Positions 8,767 through 17,370 of a stretch of 44,466 nt of DNA are shown one piece after another. The stretch's first letter is position 1. Each line of letters opens with the position of its first letter. The notes below the pieces were generated by a model. That model worked only from the letters and a program-made list of their open reading frames with translations. It had not been told where the DNA came from and made no database searches. Made by a program: the position numbers and the translations under genes. This DNA is from Candidatus Nealsonbacteria bacterium (GTDB lineage: Bacteria; Patescibacteriota; Minisyncoccia; Minisyncoccales; PWPS01): NCBI GenBank assembly GCA_003560095.1, contig PWJI01000043.1:1-44466 (forward strand), in the 5' to 3' direction.

Positions 8767-9987
8767 ATGCCTTCTATTTGTTTTTATTTTCAGGTTCATC
8801 AGCCATATCGTATAAAAAATTATACCTTTTTTAATATTGGGAAAGATTCTTCTTATTTTGATGATTATAGCGAAAGTCATTTAAGTAATAGTGCAATAAT
8901 GAAAAAAGTTGCTCAAAAATGCTATATTCCAACAAATAGATTATTGCTTAAGCTTCTAAAAAAATATCCTGATTTTCGTTTTAGTTTTTCTTTTTCCGGC
9001 ATTGCCATAGAACAGATGGAGAAATTTGCCCCTGAGGCACTTAAATCTTTTCAGGATCTTATAGACACCAAAAGAGTGGAGGTTCTTGGAGAGACCTATT
9101 ATCACTCACTTGCTTTTTTATATTCAAAAGAAGAATTTTATAAGCAAGTTGAGATGAATAAAGAAAAAATAAAAGATGTTTTCGGTGTTAAGCCAAGAGT
9201 TTTTCGCTGCACCGAACTTGCATATAGCAATGAAATTGCCAAAGAGGCTGAAAAAATGGGATTTGAAGCGATCCTAGGAGAGGGAGTTGATCATGTTTTA
9301 GGATGGAAGAGCCCTAATTTTCTCTATCGAGCAAAAAATGCCAAGATAAAACTTTTTTTAAAAAATTATCGACTTTCTGATGATGTTGCTTTTCGTTTTT
9401 CTGAAAAGAGCTGGAAAGAGCATCCTCTAACTGCTGATAAATTTTCAAAATGGATTTCACAAATAAACGGAAATGGAGAAATAGTTAACCTTTTTATGGA
9501 TTACGAAACTTTTGGTGAGCATCAGTGGGAAGAAACGGGTATTTTTAATTTTTTGGAATCTTTTCCGGGAGAGGTATTAAAGCACAATGATAATAATTTT
9601 TTAACTCTTTCTGAAGCGACTTCTAGATATTGGCCAAAAGATGAAATAGATGTTCCATATATAACATCATGGGCTGATACCGAACGTGATCTCTCAGCAT
9701 GGCTTGGAAATCAAATGCAGCAAGATGCTCTAAAAAAACTATATGAGCTTGAAAAAGATGTTTTTGAAGTTGGGGATGAGGAAGTGATTGATTGTTGGAG
9801 AAAACTACAAACCTCCGATCAAGTTTATTATATGTGCACGAAGGGAATGGGGGATGGAACGGTTCATGACTATTTTAGTCCTTACGGATCTCCTTATGAT
9901 GCTTTTATATGTTTTATTAATGCACTTAGTGATTTTAAATTAAGAATAGAAGAAAAGAAAAAGAACAAAAAAATTGCTAATTTATAA
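8767..9987 (+). CDS. Glycoside hydrolase family 57 (alpha-amylase-like)
   Basis: FQVHQPYR, ETYYHSL, FRCTEL, MDYETFGEHQW, SWADTERDLSAWLGN, LQTSD. Confidence 0.94.
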   Translation: MPSICFYFQVHQPYRIKNYTFFNIGKDSSYFDDYSESHLSNSAIMKKVAQKCYIPTNRLLLKLLKKYPDFRFSFSFSGIAIEQMEKFAPEALKSFQDLIDTKRVEVLGETYYHSLAFLYSKEEFYKQVEMNKEKIKDVFGVKPRVFRCTELAYSNEIAKEAEKMGFEAILGEGVDHVLGWKSPNFLYRAKNAKIKLFLKNYRLSDDVAFRFSEKSWKEHPLTADKFSKWISQINGNGEIVNLFMDYETFGEHQWEETGIFNFLESFPGEVLKHNDNNFLTLSEATSRYWPKDEIDVPYITSWADTERDLSAWLGNQMQQDALKKLYELEKDVFEVGDEEVIDCWRKLQTSDQVYYMCTKGMGDGTVHDYFSPYGSPYDAFICFINALSDFKLRIEEKKKNKKIANL

Positions 9988-9999
9988 TATTTTATACGT

Positions 10000-11802
10000 A
10001 TGAAAAAAATCAAGACAACTAATCCAAAGTGCGAAAAATTATTTGAGGTTTCTTTTGAGGTTTGCAATAAAGTTGGAGGAATTTATAGAGTGATAGAGTC
10101 AAAAGCGAATAAAATGATACAACACTATGGCGAAAATTATTTTTTAATAGGACCTTATTATAGAGAAAAAGCAAGAGGGGAATTTAAAGAAGAAGCTCCT
10201 CCGATTGAGATGGGAGAGGTTTTTGAAAAATTACAAAAAGAGGGAATAAAATGTTACTACGGAAGATGGCTCATAAAAGGAAAGCCTCATACTATTCTTA
10301 TTGATTTTGGTGATATTTTTTACAAAATAGATGACATAAAAAGAGAGATGTGGGATTCCTTTAAGGTAGACTCTCTTCATGCAGGACACGACTTTAATGA
10401 GCCGGTTTGCTGGGCTTATGCAGTAGGAAGATTCATAAAAGAAATTTCAGAAAAACAAAATGACAAAAAGACGGTAGCTCACTTTCATGAATGGCTCTCC
10501 GGAGCGGGAATTTTATATTTAAAGAAAAACGCAGTTAATGTAAAGACAGTCTTTACGACTCACGCCACAAGCCTTGGAAGAGCACTTGCATTTCATAGTA
10601 TTAATTTTTATCAAAACTTGAAAGAACTCAATCCCGATGAGCAAGCAAAAAAATATGATGTTTTTCAAAAACACTCCATTGAGTGTGCTTCTGCAAGAGA
10701 GTGTAATGTGTTTACTACTGTTAGTGAAATTACCGGCGTTGAGGCAACTCATTTCCTTAAAAGAAAGCCGGATATTATTTTGCCCAACGGACTTGATATA
10801 GAGAAATATTTAAGCTTTGAAGACATTGTCGTAAAGCACAGATTGCAAAGAAAAAGACTCAGAGAGTTTGTTGCTTCTTATTTTTTTCCTTATTATAAAT
10901 TTGATTTAGAGGAGACACTTTTTTATTTTATTATTGGAAGAAATGAGCTAAGAGCCAAGGGTATTGATATTTTCATTGAGTCACTGGGAAAGCTAAATAA
11001 AAAAATGATAGAAGAGAAAAGTAAAAGAACAATTGTTGCTTTTCTTTTTATTCCTACAGAAACAAGAGGTGTTAATCCCTCTCTTCTTGAAAATTTAGAA
11101 TATTTCAGAGATCTTCAGGAGTCATTGGAAGGAGCTTTTCCGGATATTGAAGAGAGAGTTCTTTATAATGTATTAAGAGAAAAAGAGCTTAATAAAGAAA
11201 ATTTAATTGGCGAAGAATATTTATTTGATGTTGAAAAAAAATTACACAGAATGAAGCGAGATGAAGAGACTCCTTCCTTGTCCACACATCACCTAAACTC
11301 TCTTCATGACGAGATAATGAATGGCCTAAAGAGCAATGATTTATTAAATAGGGAAAATGATAGAGTTAAGGTGATATATTATCCTATTTATTTAACAGGG
11401 CACGATGGGCTTGCTAATCTAAACTATGAAGAAACTTTAGAGGCTTGTCACATGGGTGTTTTCCCAAGCTTCTATGAGCCTTGGGGGTACACTCCACTTG
11501 AGGCAGCGGCATTGGGCGTTTCTTCTGTTACAACTAATTTAGCGGGTTTTGGTAAATTTTGTGAAGGAATTAAAAGAAAAAAAGAGCGACCCGGAATTTA
11601 TGTGCTTAGGAGAGAAAAAAACAAAGACGATAGTGTGGTGAAAGATCTTTATCGTTTTCTTCACAAATTTACAAAAACATCAAGAAGAGAAAGGGTTGAA
11701 AACAAAATAGAAGCAAGAAAAATAGCATCTAAGGCTGACTGGAGTAATTTTGTTTTTAATTATATTGAGGCACACAATAAGGCAATAACAAAAAGACAAT
11801 GA
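10000..11802 (+). CDS. Glycogen synthase, GT3 (eukaryote/Gsy2-like) family
   Basis: FEVSFEVCNKVGGIY, HFHEWL, FTTHAT.LGR, FTTVSEITG.E, CHMGVFPSFYEPWGYTP.E. Confidence 0.93.
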   Translation: MKKIKTTNPKCEKLFEVSFEVCNKVGGIYRVIESKANKMIQHYGENYFLIGPYYREKARGEFKEEAPPIEMGEVFEKLQKEGIKCYYGRWLIKGKPHTILIDFGDIFYKIDDIKREMWDSFKVDSLHAGHDFNEPVCWAYAVGRFIKEISEKQNDKKTVAHFHEWLSGAGILYLKKNAVNVKTVFTTHATSLGRALAFHSINFYQNLKELNPDEQAKKYDVFQKHSIECASARECNVFTTVSEITGVEATHFLKRKPDIILPNGLDIEKYLSFEDIVVKHRLQRKRLREFVASYFFPYYKFDLEETLFYFIIGRNELRAKGIDIFIESLGKLNKKMIEEKSKRTIVAFLFIPTETRGVNPSLLENLEYFRDLQESLEGAFPDIEERVLYNVLREKELNKENLIGEEYLFDVEKKLHRMKRDEETPSLSTHHLNSLHDEIMNGLKSNDLLNRENDRVKVIYYPIYLTGHDGLANLNYEETLEACHMGVFPSFYEPWGYTPLEAAALGVSSVTTNLAGFGKFCEGIKRKKERPGIYVLRREKNKDDSVVKDLYRFLHKFTKTSRRERVENKIEARKIASKADWSNFVFNYIEAHNKAITKRQ

Positions 11803-13529
11803 AGATCATACACTCACTGGGTCCCAAAAGCAAAGAGAGAAAAAATGTTAATAATGTTAGCTTTTCTTTGTCGAACAAAAAAGGTGACTATATTTGGATG
11901 AGTGAGATTTCCAAGAGTCGATACGAGGGTTGGTTTTGTAGGTTATCAAAAAAAATACACCTTGAAGGAAAGAGGTGCTTTGCTTCTTGTGGTGAATCTA
12001 ATCCTGTTTATAGGATTATAGAGTCAATAGAAGTTCAAGAAGGAGGAGAGGTTCTTGAGTTAGTTAATGGCTTTGATCATTTTGAAAGAAAAAGAGAAAA
12101 AGTGGAAGAACTTTTTTATCTTTCAGAATTATCACACGTTTTTGTTTACGAACTGAGCAAAAAAAAGAAAGTTGATGTTTATTTTGATGTTAGAAAGTCT
12201 TATTCTTCGGCTGAGACGAAAGATTACAAGTTAAAAAGGGAAGATGGATTTTTGGTTTTAGAGTTTGATAGTAAAATTTTTCTTGCCATTAAGTGTGAAA
12301 GAGGAGAAGATGTAAATGAAATTTTTCCGCGTTACTATGAATATGATGAAGGAAGAAACTCACCACCCTTTCACAGAAATGTAAGAAAAGGTGTTTGCTT
12401 AGAGGGTAAGAGGTTTGTTTTTGCGCTTGGTGAAAGCAAAAAAGAGGCCAAAAAAGAGGCAGGCAGGATATTTTCTCAAAACTTTTTAAAAGAAGAGGAG
12501 CTAGATACTCTTTGTGTTAAAAACTCTTTAGCAAATCTTTTGGTTCCTGACTATGTTGGTGCATATGCCGGAATTCCTTGGTTTTTTCACTTTTGGCCCA
12601 GAGATGAAGCAATTTCTCTAAAATCAATCATTTCTCTTAATCCTCAGGAGGGTAAAAAGATTTTTTTTAGACTTTTAAGAGATTGTCTTAAAGAGGGGCC
12701 CGGGGGAGCTATTAATATAGATGCTCCAGGATGGCTCTTTAAGAGAACCGCTGATGTTTTGCCGTTTTGCAGTGAGAGAGAAAAAGATATTATTAGAAGG
12801 GAATTAAAAGCAAAGATTGAAGAATTACTTTGGTCTTTTACAAGAAACGGATTTTTAGTAAACGGTCCTTATGAGACTTGGATGGATAGCCTTAAAAGAT
12901 CCGGTGCCAGAATTGAAATGCAAGCAATGAAGATGAATATGTACAAGACAGCTTCTTTTCTTTCAAGAAATAAAGGAGAAAAAATGTTCTATAAAAAGAT
13001 GGAGATGGAAATGAAAGAAAAAACTTATAGGACATTTTTTGATGGAAATAAATTGTATGATGGATATTTTCCGGAAACAAAAAGTCTTGATAAAACAACT
13101 CGTCCAAACTTATTTATTGCAGCCTATATTTATCCTGATCTTCTTTCAAAAAAAGAGTGGATAAATTGCTTCACTCATGCTCTCGATGATCTTTGGCTTT
13201 CTTGGGGAGGAGTTTCTACTATAGATGTCAAAAATAATGATTTTTGCGAAAATCATACAGGGGAGAGTGCTGAAAGTTATCACAAGGGAGATAGCTGGTT
13301 TTATTTAAACAATTTAATAGCCATTATTCTTTACAGGTTTGATAGAAAAAGATTTTCCACGTATATAAAAAAAATAATGAGTGCAAGCGAAGAAGAGATA
13401 ATGTGGAAGGGAGCAATAGGTTCTCATGGCGAGATAAGTTCAGCCACAAAATTAGAAAGTAGGGGTTGTATTAATCAAGCGTGGAGCAATGCAATGTACT
13501 TAGAGGCAAAAAAAGAAATAGAGAGCTAG
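11799..13529 (+). CDS. Glycogen debranching enzyme / amylo-alpha-1,6-glucosidase family
   Basis: AG.PWF..W.RD, TWMD, R.G.RIE.QA, RPN, YH.GDSW, QAWS; ATGA overlap with GT3 gene. Confidence 0.85.
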   Translation: MKIIHSLGPKSKERKNVNNVSFSLSNKKGDYIWMSEISKSRYEGWFCRLSKKIHLEGKRCFASCGESNPVYRIIESIEVQEGGEVLELVNGFDHFERKREKVEELFYLSELSHVFVYELSKKKKVDVYFDVRKSYSSAETKDYKLKREDGFLVLEFDSKIFLAIKCERGEDVNEIFPRYYEYDEGRNSPPFHRNVRKGVCLEGKRFVFALGESKKEAKKEAGRIFSQNFLKEEELDTLCVKNSLANLLVPDYVGAYAGIPWFFHFWPRDEAISLKSIISLNPQEGKKIFFRLLRDCLKEGPGGAINIDAPGWLFKRTADVLPFCSEREKDIIRRELKAKIEELLWSFTRNGFLVNGPYETWMDSLKRSGARIEMQAMKMNMYKTASFLSRNKGEKMFYKKMEMEMKEKTYRTFFDGNKLYDGYFPETKSLDKTTRPNLFIAAYIYPDLLSKKEWINCFTHALDDLWLSWGGVSTIDVKNNDFCENHTGESAESYHKGDSWFYLNNLIAIILYRFDRKRFSTYIKKIMSASEEEIMWKGAIGSHGEISSATKLESRGCINQAWSNAMYLEAKKEIES

Positions 13530-13533
13530 TTTT

Positions 13534-14787
13534 TTAAATTATTTCAAGAATTTCTTTTATTGTTTTCATTTTTTTGTCATTTAACATTTCTTTTTTTATC
13601 TTTCTGGAAACGGAAAGAGCTGTAAGGGGTTTGGTTTCTTTTACCTTAAACGAAGAAGGGTAGACTGCCTCAAGGTCTTTTTCAAGAATAAAAATCTCTT
13701 TTTCCTTTAAAAGATTTAATTTTTTTTCAAGAGATGTTTTTTTTCCCAATTTGGGAAATTTTTTTATTTTCATCAGAGATGAAGAGTTTAAGGCATCTCT
13801 GTCAAGCATAATTGCATAGGGAATGTTAAAAATATCACAAAGATTTGCATAAAGATCGACAGAGCCTTTGCCACTTGTATAAACAACCTTGATGTCTTTT
13901 TCTTTTTCATAAAAGCGATCAATCATTTCTCTCATAAATATAGAATCAGAAATTCCTTCCACCAAAAGAACTTTGTCTGAAAAAAGCATTCCTGAATTGT
14001 CGTCATTTATTTCTTGAACAAAACGGTCTAAGTCAACATTTTCTTTTTGAAGACCATAAAGGGCGGTACTTTGATTTTTATTGCGAGTAATTCTCCATAT
14101 ATGAGAAAGATACTTTGCTTGCACAAAAGATGGGTGATGTGTAGTGAAAAATATTTGATTTTTTAAATTTTCATCCTTGAGTAGTTGCAAAAACCTTCTA
14201 ATTATTGAAGGATGAAGATGTGTCTCGGGTTCATCGATGAGAATTATTTTGTATTCGGGGTGGAATATATAAAAAAGAATAACAAAAAGACGCTTGAATC
14301 CTTCGCCCATTCGTTTTACTGAACGTTTCTTTTTATCAGAGTATATATTACAAAGAAAAAGCTCTTCATTTATCTCAATTTCTTTAAAGTATTTTTCAAG
14401 AGAATGAGAGAAATTAGTATATTCTTGAGGGTGCTTTTTTTTAAATAACTGTAGATTCTTGGCAATCAAAGAGTAGTTAATTTTCTTATTGATACGAATA
14501 AAACTGTTTCTGAAGTGTATTTTGGGAACAGTTTCGATTTTTCCTTTTCTACAGGAGAGGAGATATTTTTTTCCTTTTTCTGATACAGTTATTGTGATAT
14601 CGGCATCGTTATCGGAAAACCTCTCCTTTTCTAATTTACTGTTAAAAAGAAAATCTATTGCATCTAGAATATTTGTTTTTCCGGCATTATTAGGACCCAC
14701 TAAAATATGAAAATTCAAAAAATCTCTTAAATGAATAGGGTCTTTAATGCTTTTATAATGATTGATTGCAATTTCTTGAATTTTCAT
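13534..14787 (-). CDS. OLD-family ATP-dependent endonuclease (ABC ATPase + TOPRIM)
   Basis: Walker A GPNNAGKT, Walker B LIDEPETHLHP, TTH switch, TOPRIM LLVEGISD and DRD. Confidence 0.9.
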   Translation of the reverse strand: MKIQEIAINHYKSIKDPIHLRDFLNFHILVGPNNAGKTNILDAIDFLFNSKLEKERFSDNDADITITVSEKGKKYLLSCRKGKIETVPKIHFRNSFIRINKKINYSLIAKNLQLFKKKHPQEYTNFSHSLEKYFKEIEINEELFLCNIYSDKKKRSVKRMGEGFKRLFVILFYIFHPEYKIILIDEPETHLHPSIIRRFLQLLKDENLKNQIFFTTHHPSFVQAKYLSHIWRITRNKNQSTALYGLQKENVDLDRFVQEINDDNSGMLFSDKVLLVEGISDSIFMREMIDRFYEKEKDIKVVYTSGKGSVDLYANLCDIFNIPYAIMLDRDALNSSSLMKIKKFPKLGKKTSLEKKLNLLKEKEIFILEKDLEAVYPSSFKVKETKPLTALSVSRKIKKEMLNDKKMKTIKEILEII

Positions 14788-14837
14788 ATAAAAATTATAA
14801 ATTATTTTTATTAAAAAGCAAAAACTCCTCTAAGCTC

Positions 14838-14865
14838 TTGCATAATTTTTATAATTACTTATAAT
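14838..14865 (+). promoter_or_regulatory. sigma70-type promoter TTGCAT-N16-TATAAT
   Basis: -35 at 14838-14843, -10 at 14860-14865, upstream of ATG 14911. Confidence 0.5.
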
Positions 14866-14910
14866 AATTAAAGGTTTTAAAGGTCGATTTAAACATTAAA
14901 TAAAACAGTT

Positions 14911-15234
14911 ATGGATACTAAAAAGATATTAATTATAATCGGTGTTGTTCTTGCTATTGTTGTTGTTGTTGCAGCTGTTTCCTTAATGGACACAGAGATG
15001 CCCGATTATGATGATGATCCTGTAGATGTACCTACTCCAGAGGATCCTACTGCTGATATAGAAACAGCGGAAGATTGTGAAGAAGAAGGATTTTACTGGT
15101 ATGATGACGCTTGTCACTTAGATCCGGAAGAAGATGAAGACGATGAAGATGATGAAGATGAGAATGATGAGGAAGACGAGGATGAAGAAGATGAAGAAGA
15201 TGAAGAAGAGGAAGAAGAGGAAGAAGAAGAATAA
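14911..15234 (+). CDS. Small membrane-anchored, extremely acidic protein
   Basis: N-terminal TM, CEEEGFYWYDDAC mini-motif, 35-residue almost pure Asp/Glu tail; own promoter and terminator. Confidence 0.8.
   Translation: MDTKKILIIIGVVLAIVVVVAAVSLMDTEMPDYDDDPVDVPTPEDPTADIETAEDCEEEGFYWYDDACHLDPEEDEDDEDDEDENDEEDEDEEDEEDEEEEEEEEEE
15127..15231 (+). repeat. Low-complexity GAN codon tract encoding poly-Asp/Glu
   Basis: Run of GAA/GAT/GAG/GAC codons with one AAT interruption. Confidence 0.85.
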
Positions 15235-15259
15235 ACAATCTTTCTTCAAAGAAAATAAG

Positions 15260-15297
15260 AACCCTTTCGGCAAAATGCTTGAGAGGGTTTTTGTTTT
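15260..15297 (+). terminator. Intrinsic terminator
   Basis: AACCCTTTCGGCA-aaa-TGCTTGAGAGGGTT hairpin (G-U pairs, one bulge) followed by TTTGTTTT. Confidence 0.75.
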
Positions 15298-15301
15298 GGT
15301 C

Positions 15302-15330
15302 TTGTTTGTTTGCCCTTAATATGATATTTT
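15302..15330 (+). promoter_or_regulatory. Putative promoter TTGTTT-N17-TATTTT with extended TGn
   Basis: Lies just after the terminator and 24 nt before ATG 15355. Confidence 0.35.
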
Positions 15331-15354
15331 TAACTCAAAATAAACTTTAAAAAA

Positions 15355-16410
15355 ATGTCTGTAGTAAAAAAAACTTTAATTATCGGTGGTTTTGTTTTTT
15401 CAACAGCTTTATTTACTTTTCTTTTTATCGAAGCCGGTAATCGTTTTTTCCCAAGAGAGGATGTTCCAACACTGGATGAAGGAAGAATTATCGCAGAAAA
15501 CTGGATAAAGAACTACTCTTCTCTTTATCCTCTTTACGGAAGAGATATTAAACTTCTCAACCAAGAGGAGATTGGCAGGGGAGAGTATAGGTTTACTTTT
15601 TCGTTTAATACTGTAAGGCCGGAATATGGTACTCATAAAAACGAGATAATTGTTGAAACTAAACACACGGAAATAGTTTATGCGATCACAAACAATATCT
15701 ATGATGAAATAGCCGGGAAATACATTGAGGACGAAGAAACAATATATGTTTATTTTGTTGTTAAGGAAGAGAATGAGGAAGGTGATATAGAAAGAAAGAT
15801 TGATTCTATAGAAAGAGAAGTATCTTTGTCGGTTCTTGAAAACATAAAAGAAACTTCACTAAAAGAATTATTGAAGGGCCCAAGTGATCAAGAGAGGCAA
15901 GGGGGGTACTCTACTCATATTAGTGAAGGAACAGAACTCGTCTTACTTAGGACAGAGGGAGAGGTTGCTTATGTGGGTCTTACTATTGATTTTAACGACC
16001 AGTCGGATATTGCAAAGAAGCAAATTGAAAAAACTCTTTCTCAGTTTGAAGAGATAACTACAGCAAGATCAAGTCAAGAGGTTGTAAGAGTTGTTGTGAG
16101 AGTAGAAAATGTTCCTGATGATTTTTGGTTTGGAGAAATGCTTGAAGAAGGAGATGAAAGAATAGATGTTAAATATTTACAAAAAGTTCTTAACGCTGAT
16201 CCGGAAACAATGATTGTGGATGAGGGAGTTGGTTCTCCGGGAGAAGAAAGTAATCAATTCTGCAAAAAGACAAGAGATGCAGTTGCTTCTTTTCAAAGAA
16301 AGTATCGTAGCGAAGTACTTGCTCCTGTAGGATTGATTTTAAGTACCGGTATTGTAAATGAAAGTACAAGAGATAAGCTTAATGCCATACTTCAACAAAA
16401 TAGATTATAA
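15355..16410 (+). CDS. Membrane-anchored GerMN-domain protein with C-terminal peptidoglycan-binding (PG_binding_1-like) domain
   Basis: LKELLKGPS..E...GYST.I GerMN motif; DVKYLQKVLN.DP...GSPG.E...KTRDAV..FQ.KY...TG.V...TR.KLN PG-binding pattern. Confidence 0.8.
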   Translation: MSVVKKTLIIGGFVFSTALFTFLFIEAGNRFFPREDVPTLDEGRIIAENWIKNYSSLYPLYGRDIKLLNQEEIGRGEYRFTFSFNTVRPEYGTHKNEIIVETKHTEIVYAITNNIYDEIAGKYIEDEETIYVYFVVKEENEEGDIERKIDSIEREVSLSVLENIKETSLKELLKGPSDQERQGGYSTHISEGTELVLLRTEGEVAYVGLTIDFNDQSDIAKKQIEKTLSQFEEITTARSSQEVVRVVVRVENVPDDFWFGEMLEEGDERIDVKYLQKVLNADPETMIVDEGVGSPGEESNQFCKKTRDAVASFQRKYRSEVLAPVGLILSTGIVNESTRDKLNAILQQNRL

Positions 16411-16456
16411 GCAAAAAGGTCGAATTATTGTTTAGTAGTTAATATTAGTTTAAAAT

Positions 16457-17263
16457 ATGTTTAGTAAAATTTTAGCAGGTTTAATTGTTGTTTTTCTTAT
16501 AATTATGATAGGTTTTTTTATAAGTACCTTAGATGTTCCGGACATGCCTGAAAGAAAAGATAATCAATTAAGTCAGGAGGACGTTGAAATGGTTAAAGAA
16601 TGGATTAAAGAAAATGCAAGTACCTATACTCAAAGAGGGGGGTTTGATTTAGAGCACTTAAGAACAGTAATAGTTGAGGAAAATATCTTTGAATTGAGTT
16701 TTTCTTTTCAATCTAATTATGCAGGATACGGCCCTAAAAAGGATGACGAGGTTGCTGCACAAGTAATAACGGATCATACTATAGTTGTAATTCTAAAAGA
16801 AGGAGATGTTGTGAGTGCCATTACTGACGAAAAATATGATGAAATAAAGGAAGAATTAATTGAGATGGAGGAAACAAAAGAAGAGGAAGAAGAAACAATG
16901 AAAGTCCGTTTGTATTTTTATTCAATTAAAGAAGGCTTAGAGGAGATTTCTTTTGTAGAAAGAGAGTTTTTAATTCCTGAAGATGAGAAACTTTATACTC
17001 TAAGCAGGTTAATTGAAGGACCGACAAAAGAAGAGCAAGAAAAAGGATATCAAACTGCAATAGAAGAAGGAGTAAAAATTAATTCTCTATATATTGAAGA
17101 TTCTGTCGCGTATGCTGATTTTAGTTATAAGCTTGATGCTTCCGGCTCTGCAAGAGTAACAATGATTAGGGATCAAATTGAAAAAACATTACTTCAGTTT
17201 AATAATGTAAGCGAGGTCATTATTTCAATTGAAGGAGAAACGGAAGAAATTTTGCAACCTTAA
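16457..17263 (+). CDS. Membrane-anchored GerMN-domain protein
   Basis: LIEGPTKEEQEKGYQTAI, AYADFS, GSARVTMIRDQIEKTLLQF..V..V.ISIEG.TEEILQP. Confidence 0.85.
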   Translation: MFSKILAGLIVVFLIIMIGFFISTLDVPDMPERKDNQLSQEDVEMVKEWIKENASTYTQRGGFDLEHLRTVIVEENIFELSFSFQSNYAGYGPKKDDEVAAQVITDHTIVVILKEGDVVSAITDEKYDEIKEELIEMEETKEEEEETMKVRLYFYSIKEGLEEISFVEREFLIPEDEKLYTLSRLIEGPTKEEQEKGYQTAIEEGVKINSLYIEDSVAYADFSYKLDASGSARVTMIRDQIEKTLLQFNNVSEVIISIEGETEEILQP

Positions 17264-17279
17264 TTTAATTAAGTTCATT

Positions 17280-17321
17280 ACAAAAAAGAAAACGGCAATA
17301 ACTTGCCGTTTTCTTTTTTGT
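17280..17321. terminator. Perfect 19-bp inverted repeat, likely bidirectional intrinsic terminator
   Basis: ACAAAAAAGAAAACGGCAA-taac-TTGCCGTTTTCTTTTTTGT, 16 nt after stop 17263. Confidence 0.9.
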
Positions 17322-17370
17322 GGTAAGTGTTGTAGAATGATTTAATATTTAAAGTAGATTTATTGATATA

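Noticed and set aside
8767-9987. GH57 motif deviations (FRCTE for FRNTE, SDQVY for SDHFY) as sign of inactivation
   Set aside because: The presumed catalytic Glu and the DYETFGEH region are intact; substitutions alone are not enough
15127-15231. GAAGAT-type repeats as CRISPR or satellite
   Set aside because: No repeat-spacer structure; explained by poly-Asp/Glu coding
17280-17321. Long inverted repeat as a MITE or IS end
   Set aside because: 4-nt loop, A/T tracts and position after a stop codon fit a terminator; no transposase or target duplication
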